From positions 1 to 34,830 of IMG/VR virus record IMGVR_UViG_3300045988_177761: a stretch of 34,830 nt of DNA; one strand, given 5' to 3'. Numbering within the stretch: position 1 is the first letter of the stretch; each line of letters opens with the position of its first letter. The stretch is from a virus. Shown one piece after another: positions 26,644 through 34,830 of the stretch. The position numbers and the translations under genes were made by a program. Under the pieces are notes generated by a model, which ran no database searches, was not told the origin of the DNA, and worked only from the letters and a program-made list of their open reading frames with translations.

Positions 26644-26970
26644 TCACTTCCCTTGCATCATCAAATCGTACAATTCTTGTTTTTTAGAGCTAGGGTTATA
26701 CTTGATGCCAAATGCGTCTAATTCCTGCATGATTTGTTTTTTAGTAATGCCTTCTAATCCAGCCACTTGTTCATCTTTTTCATCGGCTTGTTGTTCTGGA
26801 GCATCAACTGGCGTTTTAGTTTCATCAGCATTATTTTCAGTTTCTTCTTCATTAATCGCTTTTGGTTCTTCATCAGTTTTTGGCTCATCTGCAACTAAGA
26901 CCCAATCGCCACCAGAAACAACACAAGGGCTACTGAAAGTAACCCCTGTTTTTGTGTTTTTATATTCCAT
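26644..26970 (-). CDS. Hypothetical acidic protein with a C-terminal HeH/SAP-like motif (108 aa).
   Basis: LEGITKKQIMQELDAFGIKYNPSSKKQELYDLM resembles a Rho-N/HeH DNA-binding-like motif. Immediately downstream of the MCP. Confidence 0.45.
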   Translation of the reverse strand: MEYKNTKTGVTFSSPCVVSGGDWVLVADEPKTDEEPKAINEEETENNADETKTPVDAPEQQADEKDEQVAGLEGITKKQIMQELDAFGIKYNPSSKKQELYDLMMQGK

Positions 26971-27863
26971 TACTGTCCGCCTCCTGCAGGTTTGATCACA
27001 CGTGCAAAGCTACTTCCATCCATGATTCCCCAGCCTAAATAGGTTTCAGAACGTAAGTATACTTGGTTATAATTTTTCAAATCTTTTCCGCTGCCATCAG
27101 GATCACCATATTTGATAACTTCTAGTGGAATTTCTTTTGCATATCCCCATTTGAACATGGAGGCAAAGTCACCAATTATAACCAAGTCATTCCCTCCGTT
27201 AGATACTGTGCGATTGATATCAGTTGGGATTCCACGAACAGCTCCCGGATTTGCACCCCAGGCTAATTCTGGAAATTGTTTAACACCGTTCACTTTATAA
27301 GATGCTAAGGCAGCTGAAAACTGCGGATCCATCGCCATACCCGAAATTGCACCTTCCGCACCTTGTACCATTGAAGCAGCCGTTTCAATGTTTACATCTG
27401 GATCTGCTGCATTAAAGTCAACTGTTTGCGTTACTTTGCTGTCAAAATGATTGGTACCAATGACTGCAGATGCCGTACCGGAACGAGGATTGATGCCATG
27501 AAACGCCATCAAATCTAACCCACGTGCTAATTTACGAGCATAACCATCATTGAACGCTTTGACAATATCAATTTTGTCTTCATCTGAAGCATAAATAAAT
27601 TCATCAGAAATCCGAGCGCCATATTCAACTTTGATTGGTACAATTGTCAATGGTGCAATTGAAATACCACCATGGCTTTTTTGCCCATTTTCTGCAACGA
27701 TATCAATTTCAGAATCCATAGTGAAAGTGAATTCTTTTTGACCGTTAAATGGAATCGGCTTTTGTTGAGATAAAGCTACTAAAGAACTTTTTCCTTTCAC
27801 TTTGTTAATAAGGTCTGTAACTAATTCTGGATCAAATAAACTTCCTTTTGATAATGTTGACAT
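26970..27863 (-). CDS. Major capsid protein.
   Basis: 297 aa. Sits after the scaffold gene. Gly/Ala-rich composition consistent with an HK97-fold capsid protein. Confidence 0.75.
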   Translation of the reverse strand: MSTLSKGSLFDPELVTDLINKVKGKSSLVALSQQKPIPFNGQKEFTFTMDSEIDIVAENGQKSHGGISIAPLTIVPIKVEYGARISDEFIYASDEDKIDIVKAFNDGYARKLARGLDLMAFHGINPRSGTASAVIGTNHFDSKVTQTVDFNAADPDVNIETAASMVQGAEGAISGMAMDPQFSAALASYKVNGVKQFPELAWGANPGAVRGIPTDINRTVSNGGNDLVIIGDFASMFKWGYAKEIPLEVIKYGDPDGSGKDLKNYNQVYLRSETYLGWGIMDGSSFARVIKPAGGGQ

Positions 27864-27867
27864 AATA

Positions 27868-28329
27868 TTACTCTCCTTCTAAATTAAGATTTTCAATTAG
27901 ATTTTTATAAGCGCCATCTTTTCCTTCACCTAAATTATTTTCAGTATTTTTCAAAGGTGGCGGCGTTTGTTTCTTACTTACAAAACTCGCTAACCGTTCT
28001 GCATCAGCTTTGATACTTTCTTCATCATCTCCAACCAAGCGATCCGCTAAATCAATAGGTAATCCATTTTGCAATGCAATTCTTGTACGCAAATTCACTG
28101 TTTCTTTCTCAGCGATTTGTTTATTAAGATCAGCTATTGTTTGCTCATGAGTCTTAGCGGCATTGTTTGTTTCTTCGATTGTGGATTTCAAAGCATCTAC
28201 TTCTGTTTCTAATACAGCATTACGTGTTTTGATCTTATCGTAATCAGCGAGCTTTCCTTTTTCACGACTCAATCTCTCCTGAATAATTCGGTCCAGTTCC
28301 TCTTGTGTTTCAATTGCTTTGAATGTCAT
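27868..28329 (-). CDS. Scaffolding protein.
   Basis: 153 aa coiled-coil, acidic. Sits immediately upstream of the MCP. Confidence 0.6.
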   Translation of the reverse strand: MTFKAIETQEELDRIIQERLSREKGKLADYDKIKTRNAVLETEVDALKSTIEETNNAAKTHEQTIADLNKQIAEKETVNLRTRIALQNGLPIDLADRLVGDDEESIKADAERLASFVSKKQTPPPLKNTENNLGEGKDGAYKNLIENLNLEGE

Positions 28330-28409
28330 AATACAAACTTCCTTTCTCCTGCTTGCCCGGCAGTTCGGTAATTTTGTGTATTAAAAAACGACTACCGCTA
28401 AATAGTCGT

Positions 28410-29834
28410 CTAATACCTTTTTTGTTGTTTTTTCTTAGGCTTCTTAATACTACAAGCCCAATGTGCTAATAATGCACTATCCATTAAACAGATATCTCTA
28501 TCTTCAAATTGCGATTTATAACCAAATCCACCATTGCTGCCGATATTACGCTTCTCGCTATTCGTTACTACTGAACTTAGAGAAGGTTGATCTTTGTGGC
28601 AAATTGTTTGTTGAAATATCCCTTGTTCCCATAATGAATTGGCAGTAATGATTTCGGATACTTTTGGAAGGATTGGCGCTTTGAGTTTAAAATCTTCCAT
28701 TTCTTTAGTTAGAATATTTTGACCACCGGCACCGTCAATGACCACTGCATTCACGTTAGCGTTTTTTAAGAAATTAATGATCCATTGATTGCCATTCCTT
28801 ACAGACACACAATCAATTGTTTCAACGAATATTTTTCCCGATAAAGTTTTAACCGCAATACTCATTGCAACATTCTGGCCATCATTCCCATACTTGATAC
28901 CAACATACAGCGGACCCTTCAATACAGGTAGAGCTGCTACTTTTAACCTTGACCAATCACCAGCAGAAATAGCAGATTTTTGATTGTACTTAGGCCAGTA
29001 CCCTAAACGCTGTATGTTATGATCGAGTTTGTCATCACCAAGTTCCGCTTCAATCTTTCTTTCGGTCAAATGATAACCTAATGAAGGATTGGAATTGTAC
29101 CAAGCGTCAACATCATGGATATCTTTCATATCCTCTACTGACCATTCGGCCCATCCAGAATATTTCGATTTACCGAATAGCGTAGTATCGCGATAACCCG
29201 TAAAAACAGTTCCACTCGAAACCGGCGTAGGTGGTGTACCACACATAATTGTTTGGGGGTTGTCACTATCAGTAACAGTATATTTTAGGGCTGATTCTTG
29301 TTCTTTGGTGTATTCTTGGGCTTCATCAATCACAAGAAGGTCGAATCCCTCACCAAGTCCACCACTAGATGTCCGTGTTCTGAATTGAATTACGCCTCCG
29401 GTTTCATACAATTCAATCATTTCTTGCCCTTTGGCTTTAATTGAATTGAAATCTGCGCCTTCGTTTTTTCTTCCCTCGACATACCCCATCATTTCCATGT
29501 ACTTTTTCATCTTTTTAAAAGACGAATGAGAAGTACTAATTCGATGCGCTGTATGTAAAACACTCTGACCTTTTTCCAGCGCATATATTTCTCGCATATA
29601 CACGATTTCAGTTTTCCCGTTTCGCCGAGGAATAGAATACCCATATTTTTGATGAATCCATAAGCCGTCTTCATCAACTGCCATGATTGGTGCTAGCAAA
29701 CTCCGTTGCCATTCATATACTGATAATCCGCTTCGTTCATAGTAGCTAATCGCTTCTTGAGATAGAGTTTCATCAAATGGAATAATTACCGATTGAGTAG
29801 GATGTTGATTACCAAATTTCACTTTAGTAGTCAT
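28410..29834 (-). CDS. terL: Terminase large subunit.
   Basis: Walker A IPRRNGKT, Walker B DLLVIDEAQE, C-terminal nuclease-like domain. 474 aa. Confidence 0.85.
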   Translation of the reverse strand: MTTKVKFGNQHPTQSVIIPFDETLSQEAISYYERSGLSVYEWQRSLLAPIMAVDEDGLWIHQKYGYSIPRRNGKTEIVYMREIYALEKGQSVLHTAHRISTSHSSFKKMKKYMEMMGYVEGRKNEGADFNSIKAKGQEMIELYETGGVIQFRTRTSSGGLGEGFDLLVIDEAQEYTKEQESALKYTVTDSDNPQTIMCGTPPTPVSSGTVFTGYRDTTLFGKSKYSGWAEWSVEDMKDIHDVDAWYNSNPSLGYHLTERKIEAELGDDKLDHNIQRLGYWPKYNQKSAISAGDWSRLKVAALPVLKGPLYVGIKYGNDGQNVAMSIAVKTLSGKIFVETIDCVSVRNGNQWIINFLKNANVNAVVIDGAGGQNILTKEMEDFKLKAPILPKVSEIITANSLWEQGIFQQTICHKDQPSLSSVVTNSEKRNIGSNGGFGYKSQFEDRDICLMDSALLAHWACSIKKPKKKQQKRY

Positions 29835-29893
29835 AAACTATCCCCTTTCAATCTCGATCGTGCATGATAACCCTGTCGCTGGGAGATATTGGA

Positions 29894-30667
29894 TCACGCA
29901 TCCTTTCTCAAATTTATGTTTTTTCTAGCTTGAATTTTCTGATCCTTATGTGGATCAGTCCAAGCTTTTGACCATACATTTTGTTTTCGACCATCGCCCG
30001 GATTATATTCAACAATACATTTACACCTTTCGTGCCTTCGGTAAATATCATCTGGTAAATCATAATAATCAAATGATCCAGCTAAACTTCTGCACCAATC
30101 ACAAGCATGGCCAACTAAGGTTCTGTTGATTCTTGGTCTTAGTCCAGATTTCGCGTGGAAATCTACATTTGCTTTAATAACATCGTCAACAACACTTTGA
30201 CTAAAATTAACGACTGGTTCCCCTAATACCCACTTAACAGAATCGAAATCTTCTGCTGCAGATATTTTATTTACTAGACCATTTACCCTATCTTGATTGA
30301 AATCAGGTTTCTGACCTTTAATTTTAATTGCCGCTTCTTTGTTTAATTGCTCTTGAACATCAATAGCAAAATTTGAAATCAAATCGTAATTATTTTTCAG
30401 CGTTTCATTAAGTAACCGATCAGCAATATTAAAATACATTTTCCCGTCAGGAAGAATGTCAATGCTGATATTGCTGCCTAATACATTTGCTAATATTTCT
30501 CCAATTTCAATAGCAAACTCATTTACATTTTTATATGTGGCCTTACGATTTCTGAGCAAAGAAAAAGCAGACTTCAACTTCTGGCTGTTGATTGTCTGCT
30601 CACTAAATTCATTTTTGATTTTATTAAGTAATGCGGGAACAATGTCGTTATCCATTACTATCGCCAC
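29894..30667 (-). CDS. MuF-like minor head/head morphogenesis protein.
   Basis: C-terminal H..C.C motif (RRHERCKC), characteristic of the Phage_Mu_F domain. Sits downstream of the portal. Confidence 0.7.
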   Translation of the reverse strand: MAIVMDNDIVPALLNKIKNEFSEQTINSQKLKSAFSLLRNRKATYKNVNEFAIEIGEILANVLGSNISIDILPDGKMYFNIADRLLNETLKNNYDLISNFAIDVQEQLNKEAAIKIKGQKPDFNQDRVNGLVNKISAAEDFDSVKWVLGEPVVNFSQSVVDDVIKANVDFHAKSGLRPRINRTLVGHACDWCRSLAGSFDYYDLPDDIYRRHERCKCIVEYNPGDGRKQNVWSKAWTDPHKDQKIQARKNINLRKDA

Positions 30668-31889
30668 CTTTTATTCCAGTTAAATCTCTAATTATTTCGC
30701 TATTGATATAACCTGGAATTGCTTGATTCAATTTAATCGCACCATCTCCAATTAATGTTAACGAGTTGGCATCAGCTTCAAATAATGGTTCCCATTTAGG
30801 AATTGTTTTTGCAAACTGATATCTAAAATAAGGGTAGTCATCACGTAAACAAGCAGCAATAAATGCTACGTTCAATATTCCAGATCCTAACGATCGTTGT
30901 GCTTTACGTCCAGCTAGCCTTAAGTTTTCATGACTAGCCCGAATCGCTTCAACCGATGACGGATTATCAGAAACAAATCCTAAATCATCCAATGTAAGTC
31001 CTGTCTCACCTGCAAATCCAGCAGCTGCAGTTTTTAATTGTTCTGTGAAAGGTGTCATGCTTGAAGTTGTGAACTGTCCCACTGTTGGAACATTGTCGCC
31101 TTCTCCAACTGTAAATTCGAGCATCGCTGAAATGGTTGCCTTCCAAGTATCCAATGGTTCTGAATCTTGATCTGTTCCTAAAACATATTTTTGCGGAAAT
31201 GAGTAAAATTCTGCGGTGATATCTGCACGTTCTAGTGTACGTTTTGCGTATGACTGGTAATACATACCGGATCGTGTAATACGAGAACGACCAAATGGCC
31301 GAACTGCATCTGGGCGGTGAATCACAGGCACTAATAACGGATAGTCGAAACTATGTTCGATAGATTCGTCTGGTATATTTTCATCAGCATAATAGTAATA
31401 AGTTAAGCCAGGCAGAAAATATGCTTCGATAGATGGCTTTCCATCTTTATCTCTTTCGAGAACTGCATACCCCTCAGTTAGCAAACCAGTAATTGGATCA
31501 ATTATGCCTGTTGCATTGCTTGCTTCAATAATTTGCAGACGAGGAATATCACCTTCGCCTTTTGAAATATAAACGAATGAACAAGAAGCAATCAACGATG
31601 ATAAAACCAAGCTATCAAAAAAGACATCCGGGTTATTTGCTTCAAAAATTTCGTTTACTTCAAAATCATCATGTTCAAATTCACGAAAAACTAAACGATC
31701 AGCCAAAGCATCCACCCCTTTGGCGCACCACCCTAAAACTGATCGATACCTTTTTCTTATTTCAGGTGGAATTGTGATTCCGAAGCTTGATTCATTCTTC
31801 TTCATATCGTATTGTCTATACCTTAAATCAACACGAATTTTATGTGTAGCTAGCTTGTTTCTTAGGTACTCAATGCCATAAATTTCCAT
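30648..31889 (-). CDS. Portal protein (SPP1 gp6-like).
   Basis: 413 aa with no NTPase motifs. Followed by a MuF-like gene. AAAGGAGTG RBS. Confidence 0.7.
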   Translation of the reverse strand: MEIYGIEYLRNKLATHKIRVDLRYRQYDMKKNESSFGITIPPEIRKRYRSVLGWCAKGVDALADRLVFREFEHDDFEVNEIFEANNPDVFFDSLVLSSLIASCSFVYISKGEGDIPRLQIIEASNATGIIDPITGLLTEGYAVLERDKDGKPSIEAYFLPGLTYYYYADENIPDESIEHSFDYPLLVPVIHRPDAVRPFGRSRITRSGMYYQSYAKRTLERADITAEFYSFPQKYVLGTDQDSEPLDTWKATISAMLEFTVGEGDNVPTVGQFTTSSMTPFTEQLKTAAAGFAGETGLTLDDLGFVSDNPSSVEAIRASHENLRLAGRKAQRSLGSGILNVAFIAACLRDDYPYFRYQFAKTIPKWEPLFEADANSLTLIGDGAIKLNQAIPGYINSEIIRDLTGIKGGDSNG

Positions 31890-31910
31890 TATTTCACTCC
31901 TTTCAAAAAG

Positions 31911-31990
31911 TCGCGCGAGAAAAAATGTACAGTGACGGCGTGAAGCTCGGCCGCCAAGGCGGAGGGGTACCTATCCCCCCTTCTCTTTTC
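31911..31990. other. GC-rich island with hairpins in an AT-rich genome: candidate cos site and/or terminator after HNH.
   Basis: gacggcgtgaagctcggccgccaaggcggaggggtacctatcccccc. On the minus strand it is followed by T-runs. Lies between the terminal HNH gene and the first morphogenesis gene. Confidence 0.4.
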
Positions 31991-32039
31991 GCTTGTATCA
32001 GTTTCTAATTTCTTTTTGGTATGATTGTATCTAAATTAT

Positions 32040-32372
32040 TCAACCGCCATAAGAAGCCCAATCAGTGCTTTGTGGAAGGTTTCTGTTACCTACAACTTTA
32101 GGCGCTTCATCTTTGACCGAGTAAAGTTTGTCAGATTTCTGTCTGTTGCAGGTCCAGTGAGCCAGCTGTAAGTTTTCGATGCTTGATGGATGACCACCTT
32201 TATTGATTGGTACAATGTGATCCACTACTGGACTCAAAGGATGTGGTGCCTTTAGTGTTTTATCAATAGGCTTACCGCAAATGCCGCAAGTGTTGTGAGT
32301 TTTAAGCAGTACCCTTTTGTTCTTCTCAAAGGCTACCCTGTGGGGTCCTTGTCTGTCTGCTCTTAACGCCAT
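32040..32372 (-). CDS. HNH homing-type endonuclease (packaging-associated).
   Basis: CGICGK...DHIVPINKGG...NLQLAHWTCN HNH motif. Adjacent to the packaging genes, as in cos-type siphoviruses. Confidence 0.85.
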   Translation of the reverse strand: MALRADRQGPHRVAFEKNKRVLLKTHNTCGICGKPIDKTLKAPHPLSPVVDHIVPINKGGHPSSIENLQLAHWTCNRQKSDKLYSVKDEAPKVVGNRNLPQSTDWASYGG

Positions 32373-32405
32373 TGTATCGGGGTCCTTTCTTTAAGTGATG
32401 GAGTA

Positions 32406-32753
32406 CTAAAATGTTTCAATGTTTATAGATTGAAATACAGCTAGCAACTTGGGGAATTGAATTGCAATCCAATCTACTATCTCTTCATCTCTTCCCCATT
32501 TACTGTTGTGATCCAACCCCGATTCAAATAAGATTGCATGAATAAGCTCATGTCTTATGGTTCTCTTTTCATAATGCTCCATATCCTGCATGTTATTAGG
32601 ATCACCATCATCAAGGGGAGCAATGAATATTTCTTTAGTAGTGAAGTCAGTGATCCCATCAGCTCCACTTATGAAAGTTCTATCGAGTTCTGTTGTATCT
32701 TTGTAAATTGTGTACTGTGTTCCTAGTACATTCACTTTGCTAAATTCCTTCAT
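32406..32753 (-). CDS. Small putative zinc metallopeptidase-like protein (HEXXH; 115 aa from the MKEFSK Met).
   Basis: TIRHELIHAILFESG contains HELIH (HExxH). AGAGGAG lies 5 nt before the ATG at complement 32751..32753. Confidence 0.45.
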   Translation of the reverse strand: MKEFSKVNVLGTQYTIYKDTTELDRTFISGADGITDFTTKEIFIAPLDDGDPNNMQDMEHYEKRTIRHELIHAILFESGLDHNSKWGRDEEIVDWIAIQFPKLLAVFQSINIETF

Positions 32754-32944
32754 GATTTCTCCTCTAATGCCCATCCCATTATCTTTGGAACTATAAAGAC
32801 TGCATTCCGCCTTACCCCAGTTGAAACACCTAAATAATTAAATTGCAGCGAATCAAGATCTTCTGTTGAAACTTCTTTAAAATTTTTTACATCTTCGAAC
32901 TTCATAGTTTGCCCATCTGACAGCCAAATAATTAAGCTTTGCAT
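32750..32944 (-). CDS. Hypothetical protein (64 aa from MQSLII).
   Basis: AAGGAGGAA lies 7 nt upstream of the ATG at complement 32942..32944. First ORF after the terminator. Confidence 0.45.
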   Translation of the reverse strand: MQSLIIWLSDGQTMKFEDVKNFKEVSTEDLDSLQFNYLGVSTGVRRNAVFIVPKIMGWALEEKS

Positions 32945-32974
32945 TAGTGATTCCTCCTTAAAATTATGTATACA

Positions 32975-33050
32975 AAAAGACAGCACTAGCGAATTTTGAA
33001 AAGAGGAATCACCTCCATCAAATAGTGTGCTGTCTTTTTATTTTGTTTTA
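32975..33050. terminator. 12-bp perfect inverted repeat (aaaagacagcac / gtgctgtctttt) with T-rich flanks: putative bidirectional terminator between the ArpU-like gene and the late genes.
   Basis: Seen directly. The loop is long (about 39 nt), so function is uncertain. Confidence 0.4.
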
Positions 33051-33190
33051 GAAGAAAAAGCGATGAGGGAATTAGCCCCCTTTCGGTATTTGGAATTTTG
33101 TGAGTAGTCCAATAACCGGCTCTCTTAATCTTTTTGACACTATCATAATAACTCATTGAGTGAGGAGTTTGCACCGGAACTTTGCAGGAT

Positions 33191-33709
33191 CTATTCCGCC
33201 TTAATGCTGGATATAAGCGGAGTTGATTCCGATTTATTGACTACAAGTTTTAATTCGTAGCTGAACTGAAGCATTGCTTCCTTTGATTCATCAGTGACAA
33301 TATCTTTGCTTACTGGTACCAGATCAAGTATTTCATTCACAGTAAACCCTTGTAGGTATCTTAAGATAAATATCTGCCGTCTTCTCTCGGTTACCTCTGT
33401 TTTAAAAGGGTGCGATATAACCGCAAATCCCTTGGCAAACAATTGGTGCAGTTCTTGGAATTCTTTCAAATCATCTTCTCTTTGAATCAAAAGCCTTTCT
33501 GCTTCTCCTGCATTGTTGCCAGATGTCGAAGGAGGAATAAGGCTGAATGATTGAGTGACTTTTGGAACTCTTGGTTGACCCGCTTTTTCGCGAGAATTTT
33601 TGTAGGCACGTATAAATATTTCAAAGTTCTTTCTGGTCAATACCATATCGACATTTTTATTGTCAGGCACCTCATATTTGCTTACATCAAATAGCGACAT
33701 GACCGCCAT
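33191..33709 (-). CDS. ArpU-family late-gene transcriptional activator (sigma-70 region-4-like).
   Basis: C-terminal ERRRQIFILRYLQGFTVNEILDLVPVSKDIV is a region-4-type HTH. Sits upstream of the packaging genes, which is the classic position. Confidence 0.65.
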   Translation of the reverse strand: MAVMSLFDVSKYEVPDNKNVDMVLTRKNFEIFIRAYKNSREKAGQPRVPKVTQSFSLIPPSTSGNNAGEAERLLIQREDDLKEFQELHQLFAKGFAVISHPFKTEVTERRRQIFILRYLQGFTVNEILDLVPVSKDIVTDESKEAMLQFSYELKLVVNKSESTPLISSIKAE

Positions 33710-33817
33710 TCCCCCTTATGTTATAATATCTCTGACGGAAATATTTTTAACAGTCGGAGAAATCCGGCTTTTTATTTCTTTTTAGCAGTTCCATTAGCTT
33801 CTGCCTTTTGTTGTAAT

Positions 33818-33955
33818 CTACGCTTTTTCTTTTTGATCTTTGATTTCGTCTTTCCCAATCAACTCTTCCTCTCTTTTGTCAATTGACTTACCAACCACAA
33901 CGCCTACGAATATAATCGCAACAACTGCCACGAATCCTAACACTATATAAGTCAT
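33818..33955 (-). CDS. Small membrane protein (45 aa).
   Basis: MTYIVLGFVAVVAIIFVGVVVGK TM helix. GGTGG SD. Below the ORF-track cutoff. Confidence 0.3.
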   Translation of the reverse strand: MTYIVLGFVAVVAIIFVGVVVGKSIDKREEELIGKDEIKDQKEKA

Positions 33956-33968
33956 AGTCATCCACCAC

Positions 33969-34211
33969 CTACAAAATAGCCTTGATTTTCTTCAGCTGCT
34001 TTTTCTTGATTCTGGATCTTTTTGTCCTACGATAGATTTGATGATACTTCTTGACTCTTGGATCTCTTGATTGTTTGATTCTAATATTTAGAACAGCTTC
34101 ATCCATCGAAGCACCGAATAGCCTAAAAGCATTCGATATACCGTTTACTATTTGCTCAATCGATTCACGGGTACTAGCAAGCAATCTTTGACTCGTTTCA
34201 TCAAGTGCCAT
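33969..34211 (-). CDS. Hypothetical protein with a basic C-terminus (80 aa).
   Basis: Early-region operon context. Confidence 0.4.
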   Translation of the reverse strand: MALDETSQRLLASTRESIEQIVNGISNAFRLFGASMDEAVLNIRIKQSRDPRVKKYHQIYRRTKRSRIKKKQLKKIKAIL

Positions 34212-34214
34212 TTC

Positions 34215-34407
34215 TCACCCTCCTGCCTCCATTGCATCCTTAGCTAATGGATCATTTTTGATAATTTCATACTTCCTTTGCACTTCTTGTAACTGCTGTT
34301 CTAACTGCTCAATTTGTTCCTGCTGGTCAATTATTGTATAGGATAGCCAACTTAGACCAGCGATCATCAGTAGCAGTATTATGATGATAGAATAACTAGT
34401 TTTCATA
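34215..34407 (-). CDS. Small membrane/coiled-coil protein (63 aa from MKTSYS).
   Basis: GGAG lies 8 nt before the internal ATG. TM segment IIIILLLMIAGLSWL followed by a QQEQIEQLEQQLQE coil. Confidence 0.4.
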
Positions 34408-34812
34408 GGTTTGCTCCAATAGTTCTGGGTTCTCGTAGATATTGCCGATGACTTCGATTGTCTCGTAATCTCCCCCCATAATTGTAGACAAAACGTTGCT
34501 TTCGTAATACCACGAGCTGGGAGCTTCAATATCAAAGGCTGGGTAACCCTCGTCCGCATAATTCTCAACCACACTGGTGTAGCTGTCTTCTTCGTTGCCC
34601 CCGTCAGATACTTTTACAACGTCGCCTTCAAAAATATCCACGCCGTTCTTGTCTTTCAAGCCAGTGGATTGCATGAGGTGAAATGATTTGTTTTCTCCGC
34701 TGTACTGAAGTAAATCCCCCAATGCTTTGAATTCTCTTAATTCATGCCATTCAACCATGTGAGCAGCTTGTGTTCCAGTATCTTTAAACCAACATCTAAA
34801 TTTTGGTGCCAT
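34396..34812 (-). CDS. YopX-family phage protein.
   Basis: C-terminal VIGNIYENPELLE is the hallmark of the YopX family. GGAGGG RBS. Confidence 0.65.
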   Translation of the reverse strand: MAPKFRCWFKDTGTQAAHMVEWHELREFKALGDLLQYSGENKSFHLMQSTGLKDKNGVDIFEGDVVKVSDGGNEEDSYTSVVENYADEGYPAFDIEAPSSWYYESNVLSTIMGGDYETIEVIGNIYENPELLEQTYEN

Positions 34813-34830
34813 TTTATCCCTCCATCCATG

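Noticed and set aside
32986-33174. 62-aa minus-strand ORF between the ArpU-like gene and the late genes.
   Set aside because: Overlaps the 12-bp inverted-repeat terminator structure and has no SD. Probably intergenic regulatory sequence.
1-34830. Search for CRISPR arrays, tRNA or tmRNA genes, and IS elements.
   Set aside because: No regularly spaced short repeats, no cloverleaf-compatible segments and no transposase-like ORFs were seen. The only recombinases are the two tyrosine recombinases annotated above.

Overview
The window is an essentially complete temperate siphovirus-type phage or prophage genome from a low-GC Firmicutes host (Enterococcus or Lactobacillus-like codon usage and lysin architecture). 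The first 117 nt (1..117) are identical to the last 117 nt (34714..34830), so the contig closes on itself and the unique length is about 34,713 bp. Going up the coordinates, the layout is as follows. An early and replication block lies on the minus strand (403..7195): Cro-like HTH, HUH rolling-circle Rep, RecU resolvase, a XerC/D-like tyrosine recombinase, an orphan C5 cytosine methyltransferase and many small ORFs. A genetic switch with divergent promoters and repeated CGGGAAC operators sits at 7196..7339. A plus-strand lysogeny module follows: cI-like repressor, ImmA-like protein, Ltp-type superinfection-exclusion protein, tyrosine integrase, then a candidate attP with TGCAAAAT arm repeats and a strong hairpin. 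An accessory (moron) region at 10.5..13.3 kb carries a plus-strand three-gene cassette with a consensus sigma-A promoter, and convergent to it a minus-strand gene for a 398-aa proteasome-beta/HslV-like Ntn threonine peptidase with its own promoter and a coupled 58-aa ORF. This peptidase is the most unusual element in the window. After that come the lysis cassette (amidase endolysin, holin, XhlA) and a minus-strand structural module. In transcription order this runs ArpU-like late activator, terminator, small genes, HNH endonuclease, GC-rich cos/terminator island, portal, MuF, large terminase, scaffold, major capsid, connector and tail genes with a -1 frameshifted G/GT chaperone, tape measure, Dit, and a 1213-aa collagen-repeat Tal fiber. 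Other oddities are a large terminase placed after portal and MuF with no recognisable small terminase, two tyrosine recombinases, a G7 tract inside the methyltransferase, a candidate antisense RNA in the rep leader, and a plus-strand small gene embedded in the lysis cassette. No tRNA, rRNA or CRISPR was seen.
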